Part shown: one piece after another, positions 1 to 12,918 of the stretch | Position numbering within the stretch: the first letter of the stretch is position 1 | Layout of the letters: each line of letters opens with the position of its first letter | NCBI RefSeq assembly: GCF_003918875.1 | Contig: NW_025765792.1 | Location: 62,001-126,000 of the forward strand | Reading direction: 5' to 3' | DNA length: 64,000 nt | From: Haliotis rubra | Lineage: Eukaryota | Translations under genes and position numbers: made by a program | Notes under the pieces: model-generated | The model's input: the letters and a program-made list of their open reading frames with translations, nothing else | Told to the model about the DNA's origin: nothing | Databases searched by the model: none

Positions 1-529
1 GTATTAGCTCAGATCGGCGATATATCTGGGTCAAATTGGTGCACATTACCTTTGTCGCCAAGGTGCAAAGACTTTTTCAGAAATGCACTTTTTTCATATT
101 TTGAACACCGTGTGTATTACCATATGGGAGCATGCAGCTGTCCTGTTTTAAAAATTTAAAGAACACAAGCCACGGGAGCACAATGGCTCTATCGTCAAGA
201 CACTGTAAACATAAAGTATTGTTAGTCATTCATAGTGTTTAAAACCTTGCACATGTGGCGTTTATAAGGATTTAGGGATTTACACCTATGAATTACCGCC
301 ATTTACAACCAAGTGAGTCTTTGAATAAGAAGGAATGAATAACATAGCTAAACTGATTAAATGTTAAATATCGATATTTAAACACATTTTTTCAGCTGTG
401 GAAACAATGACATCTCAGACGTGTTTACAGACAATATGTTTCTGACGCCTTATATCCATATATTGTATCAAACTACGAATTGGCAAGAGGTCAATCGTAG
501 CTTGTGCTAATAATTGAATCTGGCTATCT

Positions 530-1000
530 GTATATGTTTGATTCTTGCAACAATTCATTGCATGTCTTTTTAAAAAGTGTTTTTATGGTAATTAAGTTTT
601 TCAATATGAATAAGAAGAAAGCATATTGATAATGTACACAGAACACATAATCTTTAGGAATTTGGACATTCATACGTGTGCCGGACGATATTGGAGAACG
701 CATCTTGCAAATTGTTGATGATGTTAAAATAATTATATTTTTATAATGGATTGTAATAAATAGTGTTATATTTAAAAGATAAGTGCATGATGATTTTCTG
801 TTCTTCACAGATTGAAAGAAAGCACATTGTCCGATTGCATATTTCACAGACACGTATTTTGATATTTACATATATTCAATACGGAATCTGGTAAAAGAAA
901 CCGCTTCTTACAGTTTATGCTTTGGCCGTATATTTTGTAGGACTAAAACAGTTAATGGGGAAATTCAATGATATGATTACATTCCAAAACTTGTGAAGTA
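530..1000 (-). mobile_element. Highly decayed non-LTR retrotransposon ORF2 C-terminal remnant
   Basis: Minus strand reads C-A-F..C-E-E-Q-K-I-I-M-H-L-S-F across a frameshift, resembling the CxxC..ETxxHLFF zinc motif of L1/Tx1-type ORF2; many stops. Confidence 0.3.
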
Positions 1001-1493
1001 TGTTATACCTGTTGATAAGTGTTATCCAGCAGGCGAATATGGTCAGTCATTCATAACAGTATGCTAATGAGAATGGCTCAAATATATTGCAAACAGTACG
1101 GATGTGTATGCATCAAATATGAACTATTTAAAAAATACATGTATGAATATCATGAGCTACATGTGCCATCTGTCCCGTTTCCATTATTCGAGTGTAATGA
1201 CGTTTTGGTTTTTGCACAAGACGATATTAGCGACTCTCAACGCTGTCTAGACAAATAAGAAATATGACGTCACAATGGCGAGTTTGTGATAACAGTTTGA
1301 CTGTGACGTCATCAACCACCAATATCCTCACAGTTGGAACGCCGTGGTACAACTGAAATTCTAAGAAGCAAAGTTTGACTTATTCAGATATTTGTCACTG
1401 CATTGTGTGGACCTATATAACATTTAATATTAATAACGGTAGTGAACAAACAAGATTTAGTGAGTGTAATTTAACTGCATGTTTGTTGTCTAG

Positions 1494-1645
1494 GAGTGAG
1501 TGAGTAATATTTAGCAATATTCCAGCAATATCATGGCGGGGAACATCAGAAATGGGCTTCACACATTGTACCCATGTGGGGAATCAAACCCGGGTCTTCG
1601 GCGTGATAAGCGGACGCTTTGACCACTAGGCTACCCCACCGCCCC
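1494..1645 (-). mobile_element. tRNA-derived SINE family A
   Basis: tRNA-like head with A/B boxes, shared tail, (ACTC)n end; TSD TTGTTGTCTAGGA at 1483-1495 and 1646-1658. Confidence 0.95.
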
Positions 1646-2959
1646 TTGTTGTCTAGGAAGTCAATTGAAACGTTGTAGTATACGGATTTCTTCTCATCAA
1701 TTTATATATCTAACTCGCATCTATGTAATGGCAGATATAGAAAATAAAACACTAAACACAATATAAGCAAACTTTAAAAGATCTATACTGTAGCGTCCCT
1801 TTATGTCAATGATGACACTGGGTGTATATGAAACATGTTATTAAGCACAACGACAGTAAAACATACAGCGCGAATATGTTCAAATCTGCTGGAAATTACA
1901 CACTGTAAACCGTTGATCATAACGCTACTGACAGTACCAGAATATAACAAGTTCTTGTGACCATTTCTGGAACTGCTTCCGTCTAAACAGAGAAATATAA
2001 CTGATTTACCTTTACAATGGCCAATGTTTTATGTTAACTGCTCGTGCTGAAATTGAATACTTGAGTGTTAATGTAGTTTCCTTTTATAGTGAACTAACAT
2101 GCTGTGATATATCCTCTTGGAATTAGGAGGAAATGAATTAAAAGTCATGTCTATCAAATATTGATATTGGGCTGTCGTAACTCCCCAATCGAAATGTAAG
2201 AACTATTTGCAGCTCAAGCAACCTTACGATACAATAATTTCCTTTTCCTGTCGATTATTTAATATTTGACAACGTTGGATTTTGGACGATTTGTCAAGGT
2301 CGTATATTATTGACACATTTACTTTTTCAATGGATGAAATTAAATAGTGAATTATCGCGTATCCTTGACAGTTGATGCCAAGGTTTAAAAGCACAGCTTG
2401 TAAACGATGTAGGTTATGTTTGAGATTTGTTGTGATCTTTTTAACACTTTGGTACACATGGTAGCAGGTTCGACTCGCTTCAGATACGCTGTGGATAAAG
2501 ATTCATGTGTTGTGAATGTTTACAGAAATCAGCTACAGGTAGCGAGGATATTAGGTTGTGACGCTGCAGTAGAGATGGTGGTATTGACAATGAACATTCC
2601 ATGTTTGTTCTGAAATGACCATTTCAATATTTACTACATAGTTTCATAAATCGACCTGCGATAGCAGGATTTGGGCAACGCTTTTTGTGATGTTTTAGCA
2701 CGTTGGTACGCACTGTGAACAAATGCCACGCATTTTATTTCAATATTTTTATGACATTGACATTATGATGTCAAAGCTTAGTGAATTCAGTGTTACGACA
2801 TTGACAAACATACACATATATGTTACTCAGTATAAACGTGTTCTCTGCTGAATATAAATATAACGTAAATAAATGATTGCCATCCAAACATGTGCGAAGG
2901 TGTTTGAACCTTCCCATGGGTTGTTAAAAGGGAAAAAAGCCTAAAAAATGTTTGCTCAT

Positions 2960-3357
2960 TTTTTCTTCAATAAAACCCAATATATTTCTGGGAACGTAAA
3001 CATATAACGCCCATGAAAAATGAATACCCTGTCTTGATTATCTGAAGAAACAGATTCCGTCGGGCGTAATGGGTATAAAATATCGGTGAAAATTGTTTGA
3101 ATGTACCATTGAAAAAGTAACAACGCCAGTGTTGGTGAAATGGGTTAGCATGTCCTGCCCAACCGGTATCATTCGAAATCCACACATTTTGGAAAAAAAA
3201 CGATCAGTATTTTTTGCCAGACGCGGAACTATTTCCCGAGAAAAACCCCAGAGCCCATTGAACGATTCTGATTACTAGATTCCGATGTATATGAATCCCC
3301 ATCAAATAGCGCTCATACCAGGTGCCTGGGAAAAGCGGAGCGTAATATCATACTCTA
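2960..3357. mobile_element. Possible non-autonomous DNA transposon end (Academ-like terminus)
   Basis: Ends in ...GGAGCGTAATATCATACTCTA (reverse complement TAGAGTATGAT...), resembling TAG-terminated Academ TIRs from memory; partner TIR not found and left boundary is a guess. Confidence 0.3.
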
Positions 3358-3408
3358 CCGGTCGCACCTATCACAAACACATTCAAAGGCAAGTAAAATA
3401 TTCAACTG

Positions 3409-3639
3409 TTTGTTGTTCAACGCCACACTCAGCAATATTCCAGCTATATGGCGGCCGTCTGTAAATAATCGAGTCTGGACCAGACAATCCGGTGATGAAC
3501 AGCATGAACATCGATCTACGCAAATGGGATACAATGACATGTGTCAACCAAGTCAGCGAGCCTGACCACCCGATCCTGTTAGTCGCCTCATACGACAAGC
3601 ATGGGTTACTGAAGACCTATTCTAACCCGGATCTTCACG
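3409..3639 (-). mobile_element. Non-tRNA retroposon family B, near full length
   Basis: Matches other family B copies; TSD TATTCAACTG on both sides; (AAC/AAAC)n tail. Confidence 0.93.
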
Positions 3640-4319
3640 CTCAGTATTCAACTGAACAATTGGAAACAGTGTCATGCTTTGTGATTTGGTCGATGCCGTC
3701 GAAAGTTGCTGATATTTCAGACACTGGTTTGCCTGGTACATGTTCAAGCATACTTAATTCAAAAGATATTGTGACGCAACATCAAAATCAACGTTAAACA
3801 TTTACTGCCGCAAATGTTTTACAATGTTCCAGGTATGGCGACAATCAACAGTTCATAAGAACGCGAATGAAATGTTCATTGATGCAGGCTCGGCACAAAC
3901 CGATCCCTTTCAAGAACACAATCATGGCCTGATGTAAGACAATTTTTTATCTGTATACTCCCCAGGGAGTTGAACATAATCAGTACGATGGTGTCATAAG
4001 TAAACAGCGCACCTGGATATGAGCGCCATGTAAGCGGACTGTTACTATTATTACGATTACATGTAAATTGCATTGAGACTCAGATCCACCCTTTCGAGAT
4101 TTCGATGTAGTAATTTTGGTTTGACTGTAGAAACTGGAAGATATTGTCATATTTTGCACTCTGAAAGGTATTGTCCATTTTGTAAATTGAATAACGAATT
4201 TTATATCGAAGATTAATACCATGTAATGTTTATCTGTAATAGTTACAATTCACCTAGAAAAATTTACCTCAGTAAATTTACACAGAAAGATTGTTAATCT
4301 GTACAACACTAAATTTGAT

Positions 4320-4482
4320 GTCCTCAACAAATAATATTGTTATTTATAAGATATGTCGTTATCTGGAGAAAGTCCAAAGATTAAGGAAAAAGATGAATAC
4401 TACTTTATTACTTCGCACATAAGTTAAACATTGTGTAAAGACAATGGCCTATGGCCCTTTACTGAAATAAATCTGTCTGTCT
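4320..4482 (+). mobile_element. LINE 3' end remnant with (TCTG)n tail
   Basis: GGCC-loop-GGCC stem, AATAAA, then (TCTG)n; same ending at 9757, 21638 and 36650. Confidence 0.55.
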
Positions 4483-5618
4483 GTAACTGAATTATTGATT
4501 GACGGAAAAAAGAAACACCTGACACTTAATCAATATCAGCATTTATATACACGACACGGTGTACATAACATCATAAGGCCAATATGCATTATATATGCAT
4601 AATATGTGATCGAAAACACTTGTTTTTCTTTTTCGTCCCTGATAAAAAACAAAGTATAAAACATTGCCAGCATTGCGTCTTGTAATACCTATACATATAG
4701 GTTCTTCGTAAGAAAGTATTTAAAACAATTTCACAGCTGGCAGTAGTCCACATTCCTCATGTAAAGCCCTCTGTTTGTACGATTGTTTGTACACAACAGC
4801 CCACGTTATCATTCTGCAAATATGTTTCTTTAAGCATAACAAAAAATGAACTAAGCACATACATTAAAAGCAGGAACCAGCCGCCAAAACAGACTTCTGG
4901 TAAGAAACACCAGACACAGTGCAAATATTATATTTTCTTACTAATGTCGTATGGATTTAGTGTGATTTGTTGAATATATCTGAGCAATTACTACATGGCC
5001 TTGGGAGTAGATCGTGACCTGACTTCTACGTAGCTTATCTAGTATATACCTGTAGCTTACCTGTACATACAATCCCGGGCTGAGAGGTTAAAGTTTTTTA
5101 ATCACGTTATGAGTCGCTTTGGAAGGTGTTGCTAAGTCGTAATGCTGCTTACATATTACCTTGCCTGCAGCATAATGTTTTTGTGAATGCTATTGAAACA
5201 CTGTAATAAAAAAATCTCAGTGTATGAAATTTAGAACATGTATTTTCTGTTTATACACATTTTGGAAAAGATTAAAAAAATATTTTATTCGTTTTGAACT
5301 ATTTATGCATTATTTTTGTATCACAAATATTTCAATTGTTGTTTTCCCTTTTTATGTCACACGCTATAGTAATTTATACGGTTAATGTCGCGCATTACAG
5401 TAAACAAGCAAATGTAATCGAATTAAAAAAATGTTTTTAGTGATTATAATAACATGTATTTCATGTCTTACACTACCATGCACAAACAATAAAAATGTAT
5501 ACAAATGTATTGTATAGAACCATTGTTCTACTTCAAGGGGACTTGTATTTATACTATTCAAGTAACAGGAACTGCTTCCAGTGAAGCTGTCCACACGGCG
5601 GCTCACAAAGAACATATA

Positions 5619-5775
5619 GTGAGTGAGTGAGTTTAGTTTTACGCCGTTTTAGCAATATTCCAGCAACATCACGGCGGGGGACACCAGAAATTGGCTTCAC
5701 ACATTGTACCCATGTGGGGATCGAACCCAGGTGTTCAGTGTGACGAGCGAACGCTTCAACCACTATGCTACCCAC
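5619..5775 (-). mobile_element. SINE family A
   Basis: Close match to family consensus. Confidence 0.93.
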
Positions 5776-6099
5776 ATTACAAAACAGGAACAGAAAGGTG
5801 GAAATGAATTCCAGTACAAAATGCGGTTGTCATAAGCACTGAAATATCATAAATAAAAACATGCTACGTAACCCAGTGTCACGTGTTATGTACCCAGTGA
5901 ATTATACCAATTATGTATATATTGAGAAGAAACCATACTTCCTTTGTTCTTCCACTGTCATTAAACGATACACCATACACTAGTTATACTTTAAATATCG
6001 GTTCCTCTCTCATATCCTTTTTTCATATTATATACATCGAGCTTTCTGGCGCTGTGTATCAACAATAGCCCATTGTGGTGGCCAACTGTAGTTCGGATT

Positions 6100-6141
6100 G
6101 TGAATGAATGAACGAACGAATGAACGAACGAACGAATGAAT
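6100..6141. repeat. (GAAT/GAAC)n microsatellite
   Basis: Tetranucleotide array visible in sequence. Confidence 0.85.
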
Positions 6142-6314
6142 GGTCGTTTTTTCATCCAATACTTTCTGAGAAATTCTGACTTTGGCGTCACTCATTCACT
6201 CGTACAGAGGCTGAACTAAGATTTACTAAGTTCCATTGCTGTGTCTTTGACTTATCGTGCTATATCTAAAAACAATGGTGTGAATCACTTGCAAAATTAG
6301 GCAACATGCATGTC

Positions 6315-6452
6315 TGTACCTACATCTACATCTCCACATCTTATCGACATCTACATCTACACCGACCCCACATACACCTACATATCTGTATCTACATCCA
6401 CACATTTGGTAACATGCACTTCTACACGTGTGCCTCCACATACACTCATACA
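6315..6452. repeat. Degenerate (CTACAT)n low-complexity repeat
   Basis: Repeated ctacat/ccacat hexamers. Confidence 0.7.
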
Positions 6453-6924
6453 TTTACAGTGTTCATTTTAATATCTTGATTAAATCTTCTATGTATACAA
6501 AAAAGGTCAGTTTAATATGTCTATGGCTGCAAGTAAATATTTTTCGTGAAACACATTTTTGAACTGTTACCAGACTTCACAAAGGGATGAAGGTGGAATC
6601 CTTCCCTTATCACCAGGAAGGGCGTCCCCGTTGGCACAACCACAACTGGATCATATGTTAATGGCTGTCTCTTTACGGCATTGGGATGTAAACACGACGT
6701 TTTGCAGGATTACAGCAATGAAATCGGAATTGTGCTCAGGAGATAGAGGTACTTATGGCCAATGTTTTATTGGCACATGCAGTTTACTTCGAATGCTCCT
6801 TTCAGGATTTACGTCGCCTACGTCATATGTCCAATGTATTAAGACGATGTAATACGTCCCAAAGTATACACGTATAATATCCTATACTTTAAATGCATGG
6901 AATGCCATATGTATACCCCATTGA

Positions 6925-7095
6925 GTGAGTGAGTGAGTGAGTATGGTTTTACGCCGCTTTTAGCAATATTCCAGCAATATCACGGCGGGGAACACCAGAA
7001 ATGGGCTTCACACATTGTACCCATGTGGGGAATCGAACACAGGTCTTCTGCGTGACGAGCCAACGCTTTAACCACTAGGCTACCCCACCGTCCCG
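6925..7095 (-). mobile_element. SINE family A
   Basis: Full length; TSD ATACCCCATTGA. Confidence 0.95.
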
Positions 7096-7419
7096 AATAC
7101 CCCATTGAATAGTTATGATTGGTGATGATTAAAGTGTAGTTGCATGTATTATGTATTCGGTGAACATTTGTATAATGACACATGCATCATCTGTGAATGT
7201 ATACTGTCGATAGATTATGTTCCATATACCATATACATGCACATGACATATTTATATGGTGTATACGTGTATAATAATACACGCAGAATATGTACACTGT
7301 ATAATGTACTTTGTTCCATATATTATGTATATATACTGATGACCCACTCAGTGTCACACGTTTACAATGCCATACGCATAGTGCCCACTGTATTAATGAC
7401 CCATACACAATCCACATGT

Positions 7420-7752
7420 ATTGTATTGGATGTCCCATGTACAACCACTAAATATTAACATATAATGTGTTACATGCCTCATATACAAGCCTTATGTATT
7501 ACACATGTATTGTCTTATTGTGTTGGATGTCCCATGTACAAGCCTTATGTTTTAACGTATAATGTGTTACATGCCCCAGATAAATCCTTATGTATTAACA
7601 TATAATGTGTTACATGCCCCAGATACAATCCTTATGTATTAACATAATGTGTTACATGCCCAAGATACAATCCTTATGTATTACGTATACTGTGTTTCAT
7701 GCCCCATATACAATCCTTATGCATTACCTATAATGTGATACATGCCCCATAT
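7420..7752. repeat. ~42-44 bp minisatellite (ATGTATTAACATATAATGTGTTACATGCCCCAGATACAATCCTT)
   Basis: About 7 imperfect tandem copies. Confidence 0.85.
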
Positions 7753-7818
7753 CATATGTGCCATATATTGTAATAGTACCTCATGTAATATCTCCACCAT
7801 GCATTGTATCTCATAGAC

Positions 7819-7987
7819 TGACTGACTGACTGAGTTTGGTTTTACGCCACTTTTAGCAATATTCCAGCAACATCACGGCGGGGGACACCAGAAAGGGGCT
7901 TCGAACATAATACCCATGTGGGGATTCGAACCCTGGTCTTCGGCGTGACGAGCCAACACTTTAACCACTAGACTACCCCACCGCCCC
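7819..7987 (-). mobile_element. SINE family A, (AGTC)n-tail subfamily
   Basis: Full length; TSD ATCTCATAGAC. Confidence 0.95.
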
Positions 7988-8282
7988 ATCTCATAGACAG
8001 TACCCCGCACATCGTGTCTAATGTTATATGAAGCCATAAAATACGTTGTAAACTACAATGTGGTTCTGAAATAGATATGAAACTGTTCGCTTATGTGATT
8101 ATATATGTATGTTATGCCATCTATGAATGTTAATAAATGATAACAAGGATGTATTGTTAGTATTGTTTTTATTCCTGTGAATATTTTTACATACGATGAA
8201 GATAACTAGATCTACCTGATATGCATGCAACAGTATGACGATCATAACATTTAGCAAACATTGATATTTTCACAAAATATAA

Positions 8283-8356
8283 TTAATCCGACATTTTCGT
8301 TAATCCGACATATTTCTCTGCAACCACAAGTGTCGGATTAACGAGAGTTGACTGTA
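8283..8356. mobile_element. Tc1/pogo-like MITE end
   Basis: Ends ...GTCGGATTAACGAGAGTTGACTG-TA with internal TAATCCGACA repeats, typical of pogo/Tigger-type subterminal structure; partner TIR not found. Confidence 0.55.
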
Positions 8357-8364
8357 TTAGAATC

Positions 8365-8560
8365 TTGGTCATAAGAGGCGGCTGGTCTGGGTGGTCAGGC
8401 TAGTGGACATCATTAATGCATGTCATCGGTTCCCAGTTACGCAAGTCGATGCTCACGAAGTCAATTATTGGATTATCTGGTTCAGACTTGATCACTTACA
8501 GGTCGCTTTCATATAGCAGGAAAATGGTGAATGCAGCGGTAAACAAAAAAGAAACAAACA
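8365..8560 (+). mobile_element. Family B, degenerate
   Basis: GTCATAAGAGGCGGCT...GGGTGGTCAGGCT...GGATTATCTGGTTCAGAC; (AAAC)n tail. Confidence 0.8.
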
Positions 8561-9256
8561 AAAACACCCCAGAAAAACAAACATTTAGAATTATACTTCT
8601 GACGAGGATGCAAGAAACGGCTTATGCGTGTATGTAATGTTGGTTATGAAAGTGGAATAGATTTTGTGGCTTGCATTTTTTAACAAATTCTTTTGATCTT
8701 TCGAAGCGAAAAGATAAATCATTCATAATTCTTGACATGCGATGCCAAGTGATATCATTATACAAACAAGGTTAAAGCTTGAATGAAAGAGATGTTAACC
8801 TTGACACTTAGGGGGTTAGACAAATATACAACATAGTCGTCTTGGTTTGATGTCAGATCACATATGTAATGCCCACAACTTGGAGAGCTGGTGATGGAAT
8901 TACTGTGTACGCTTATGTCGGATTACAAAAATCAAGGTTTGAGTTAGAGAAACGCATGAAAACAAATAATATTATATCATACTGTAAGCATCTTTTTGTT
9001 GCATTATTCAAATAGACAAACCGCTTAACCACAGTAAGATTATCGTATTATGAAAAACAAGGTAACGTCTTATGAGAATTATACTAAGCCTTTCTTGCTT
9101 AAACATGTGTACATTTCGCACCACAAAGAGATTTGGAGTTCTGTTGATTCAAAACATAAATTTAATTTATTTACTTTTATTCAGATTTGTTCACAGCGTA
9201 GGTGGTTCCAAAAAGGAAGAAAGAAATGCCAGGATGCTAAATGTACTGTGTATAGC

Positions 9257-9416
9257 GTGAGTGAGTATGGTTTTACGCCGCTTTTAGCAATATTAAAGCA
9301 ATATCACGGGGCTACACCAGAAATGGGCTTCACACATAGTACCCATATGGGGAAACGAACCCGGGTCGTCGGCGTGACGATCGAACGCTTTAACCACTAG
9401 GCTACCCCACTGCTCC
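9257..9416 (-). mobile_element. SINE family A
   Basis: Close match to consensus. Confidence 0.92.
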
Positions 9417-9756
9417 GTGTACATACCGATGTCATACCGAAGTCATAGTGACGTTGTAAAATACAAGGTACTTAAGTTTATCTATTACAATGCATAGTCA
9501 CATATATCATAAATGTACTTAGATTTACATACGAATTCATACGCTTTTAAGTGTAAATAATAGACTGAACTGTCATTTACAATAGTGTACCTACCTTCAA
9601 GCCATATCAAACAAGCAGTTGGTCGTTAACCTAATTACAATGCATTATTAGTCACACATGACATTAATGTCACCTTTTTACAGACTCATGCATGTACTCT
9701 TTAAAATGTAATTTATAGCGCTAAAGGTGAATTTACATGTAGTGTACGTACATGCA

Positions 9757-10110
9757 GACAGACAGACAGACATTTTATTCAGTAATAGGCCACTGGCCCA
9801 AAATACATTCATAAAAATGATAAGAAGTTACATGCGTTTTACCAGGGAGACTATATAACGTTGTAGATTATCCCTGGTTTTACATAAAAACATCAGAATC
9901 TCTTATTTTCCCAACATTATATAAAAATAGGCACAAATTATTTATTTTCCCAACATTTATGTTTGTTGAAGTCATTATGTTTATAAAACTGTGTTGTGAA
10001 ATAGGATGTTTCAAATATTTACCCAGAAACTTATTCCTTATATCTAAGTAGGCTTTACAATAAAGTAAAACATGTATTTCATCTTCAGTTAAATTAAGAT
10101 TATTTTTGTA
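9757..10110 (-). mobile_element. CR1/L2-group LINE 3' remnant
   Basis: Minus strand carries a decayed TEDEIHVLLYCKAYLDIR motif, a GGGCC..GGCC stem, AATAAA and a (TCTG)n tail. Confidence 0.7.
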
Positions 10111-10640
10111 CGTACATGCAAATTGTATAAACCAAGCTATTGATGGTTAACCTTGTAACAAACTGGGAAAGTTTGACTCAGGTCTCCAGGAAAGACGTCT
10201 ACAGCAGAGACACCAGATCAGGGTTCGCCACAGACACCACAGGGTGGATTTGAACTGACCTGAACTATACCTTCACTCTGGTGTTCTGCGGCATTAGAGG
10301 TACATGTTTACACCATTATGATGTACAACTTATATTTGTTGAATACATGTATGATATATAAAATGGATATATACATAGCGGTTGTTTGCAATCACTACGT
10401 GTCTGCATACAATGACCAGTTAAATGAATAATGTTACACTCATACGTTTTTTTTCATTTTGGGGCGCTGCTTACGGGAGGCATTATTAGTTTGCAAAAAA
10501 TAGCAAATTTCGTAATTGTTCTAGGGGAAAAAGTTTGTTCATTTCGTTTATATCTGGGTTTCTTGATATATGTTTACCTTTGTAGGACCAAGGTAGGACA
10601 AATAAACAGAGTGTGAAATTTATCTCCAATACCGTTTATA

Positions 10641-10736
10641 TACTGGACAAAAATAGTTAGGGATATATGTAAATTTTAATCATAATAAAATATCAATCAT
10701 AAAAATACCAATATCTCTAACATACTTTGTCCAGTA
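10641..10736. mobile_element. Tc1/mariner-type MITE
   Basis: Imperfect ~25-bp TIR TACTGGACAAAAATAGTTAGGGATAT, TA flanks; second copy at 54555. Confidence 0.85.
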
Positions 10737-12027
10737 TATTACAAAGAGAGCATAATCTTTAACTTGGGTGGTGGTTGAGTGTTTTACTCCATCGTCCTGT
10801 ATCAACTGGAAGGCAAGGGTTTGAGGTTTTGACATTGAGTAACGCCCTCCGATCAGTCCACCTGGTATGGGACGGGGGGTTCTGATGGCTAATACAGGAA
10901 CTGTTCCCATAATGTCAAACCACATCAATACACTCATGCACTGTCCAAGAGATCTCCAAGTATGGATGTACCAAAGCAACAAATAAATACAGCTAAAGGC
11001 AGGTTCCTTTATTTGGGTCAGCAGCGATGATATAAACCAACACAAATTATCCGTCAGAAGTCAGAATTAACGTGCTAACACAAAAACATGAAAGTCGCAA
11101 CCTTGACCGAAATAAAATCCGAAAACAATAACTTCACGTGGAGGTGCTAAAACTTCCTATTTCGGCCTTTGTTTACGTGTTGACATTTCAATTATTCTCA
11201 TAAACCCAAAACAATCAACAATAAAAGGACAATACATACACGGTAACATTGTCTCCATATTCATACATTTGGAAGCTTTAAACTGACGCAGTTCACAAAA
11301 AGAGTCAACGTCTTTGCATTTTAACGACGAATACTTGAAAAAACCCAACGTGGACCATGGATTTGACTTGCATTTTTTCATGGTGTTAATGTTTGAAGAT
11401 ATTAACGCCATGCTGCCCTTGACCCAAGACTACACGGGGCGAGGAAATTTTCCTTCAACAACCTGCTGCTAAGAGGAAAATAAACTGACCATGGCTGTGC
11501 TGTGATTTCAACAAAGTTGCTTAATTCTAATATAACTCTCCACTTTGACATAGAACGGCTGGTGGTTCGTGGTCAGATTGCCAGCGATTACTGGGAAATT
11601 ATGCCACACAATGCCACACAGCCAGGTTTCCTTTACAAGGGATTTGGATTTTGCTTTGAAAAAATGAGACACACCTAATCATTTTATCGATCAGGAATGA
11701 CAGATCAAAACATATGAAGAAGCTCTGCTATAAGTCTGCAAATGTATTACCCAAAATGATTAAGCAGATGTCAGTTTTGTAGGGCAACATCTGTTCTGCA
11801 TTCTTGTCCAGTTGTTGTTTGGGTTGTCAATCATGAATGTTTTAATATATTTAATCCGTAGATAACTATCAATCATTGTTTGTCACTCCAGAAGTTAGCA
11901 TTGGAAAAGGCGAAGTCTACGACAGTTCAACCATTGAACCGTACACTATTCTTCTACAGATTATCGCCGAACGTTTCTTAAAATATCCATGAGGGTATCA
12001 CAGTCTGATTACAGTATGTTATGTTCA

Positions 12028-12166
12028 GTCGTCGGGTCCCAATTGCTCAGATTGATGCTCATGCTGTTGATCACTGGATTGTCTGGTCCAGACTCGATTA
12101 TTTACAGACCTCCGCCATATATTGCTGAATGTTGCTGAGTGCGGCGTAAAACTAAACTCACTCACC
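12028..12166 (+). mobile_element. Family B, 5'-truncated
   Basis: 3' half matches consensus; (ACTC)n tail. Confidence 0.9.
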
Positions 12167-12269
12167 TTCCATAATCATAATATTTATTAACCGACAGTGA
12201 CGTCAATCTATTGTTCTTTGGGGGACACTTTTTCTCGTAATATCCCTCAAATCTGATACAATCTCGCTT

Positions 12270-12392
12270 CCTCGGGCAATTATCTAAATAATGTCCCTCT
12301 GTCCCGGGCAATTATCTTAATAACGTCCCTGTGCCCCGGGCATTATCTTAATAACGTCCCTCTGCCTTGGGATTTTCTGAGGAATAGCCCTT
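12270..12392. repeat. ~32-bp tandem subrepeats (CCCGGGCAATTATCTTAATAACGTCCCTCTG)
   Basis: 3-4 imperfect copies. Confidence 0.8.
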
Positions 12393-12494
12393 GACTTTGA
12401 ATTATTACTTGTTTTGAAGATTGATACGACTTTGTCTTGCCATCACTGGATGCGATCTTAAAATATGACATTATTGACAATTTCCAACATGTAG

Positions 12495-12568
12495 TGCCGA
12501 CACCCGGTTTCGAACCCGCAACCTTTCGCTTACTAGCTTGGCGGTTTTATCCACTAGGCTACGAAGGA
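12495..12568 (-). pseudogene. tRNA-like sequence (Thr-AGT-like anticodon loop), not a functional tRNA
   Basis: Minus strand: A box TAGCCTAGTGG, loop CTAGTAA, B box GGTTCGAAACC; acceptor and anticodon stems do not pair. Confidence 0.6.
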
Positions 12569-12779
12569 TCGCTGTGAAGATTGAGATTGTTTGTCGGTAT
12601 GAACCGTGTGTTCCTCGCAAGACGGGTAGTGCGGGCAGCGCACGTGCAGGGCACATGTAGCGCGTGTGGAGCACGTGCATTGCGAGGCGTCGGCTGCCAG
12701 TCTCATCCCAGTTGATTTCAACAGTAAATACCAAATATTGAAATATATCTAAAGTATATCTTCGGTCGGTTTATAAGTT

Positions 12780-12918
12780 GGATATAACATGACCCGTGGG
12801 CATTATTGAAAAGTAAGCCCTCTTCCCTTGGAAAATGCCCGCGGGGCTTCGGCCCATGGGCATTTCCCGCTGGAAGCGGGCTTACTTTTCAATAATGCCC
12901 GCGTGTCATGTTATATCC
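12780..12918. repeat. 139-bp near-perfect palindrome
   Basis: GGATATAACATGACCCGTGGGCATTATTGAAAAGTAAGCCC...GGGCTTACTTTTCAATAATGCCCGCGTGTCATGTTATATCC with a CTTCG-type apex. Confidence 0.92.

Noticed and set aside
3355-3797. Recurrent ORFs such as MTHVIGSQLRRSMLMLLITGLSGPDSIIYRPPPYSWNIAECGVK (also 8416, 20923, 49225, 58046, 61160, 62623)
   Set aside because: Translations of family B retroposon copies, not a gene family
6980-7183. Recurrent ORFs such as GRWGSLVVKALARHAEDPGSIPHMGTMCEAHFW (also 5554, 21948, 51499)
   Set aside because: Translations of family A SINE copies
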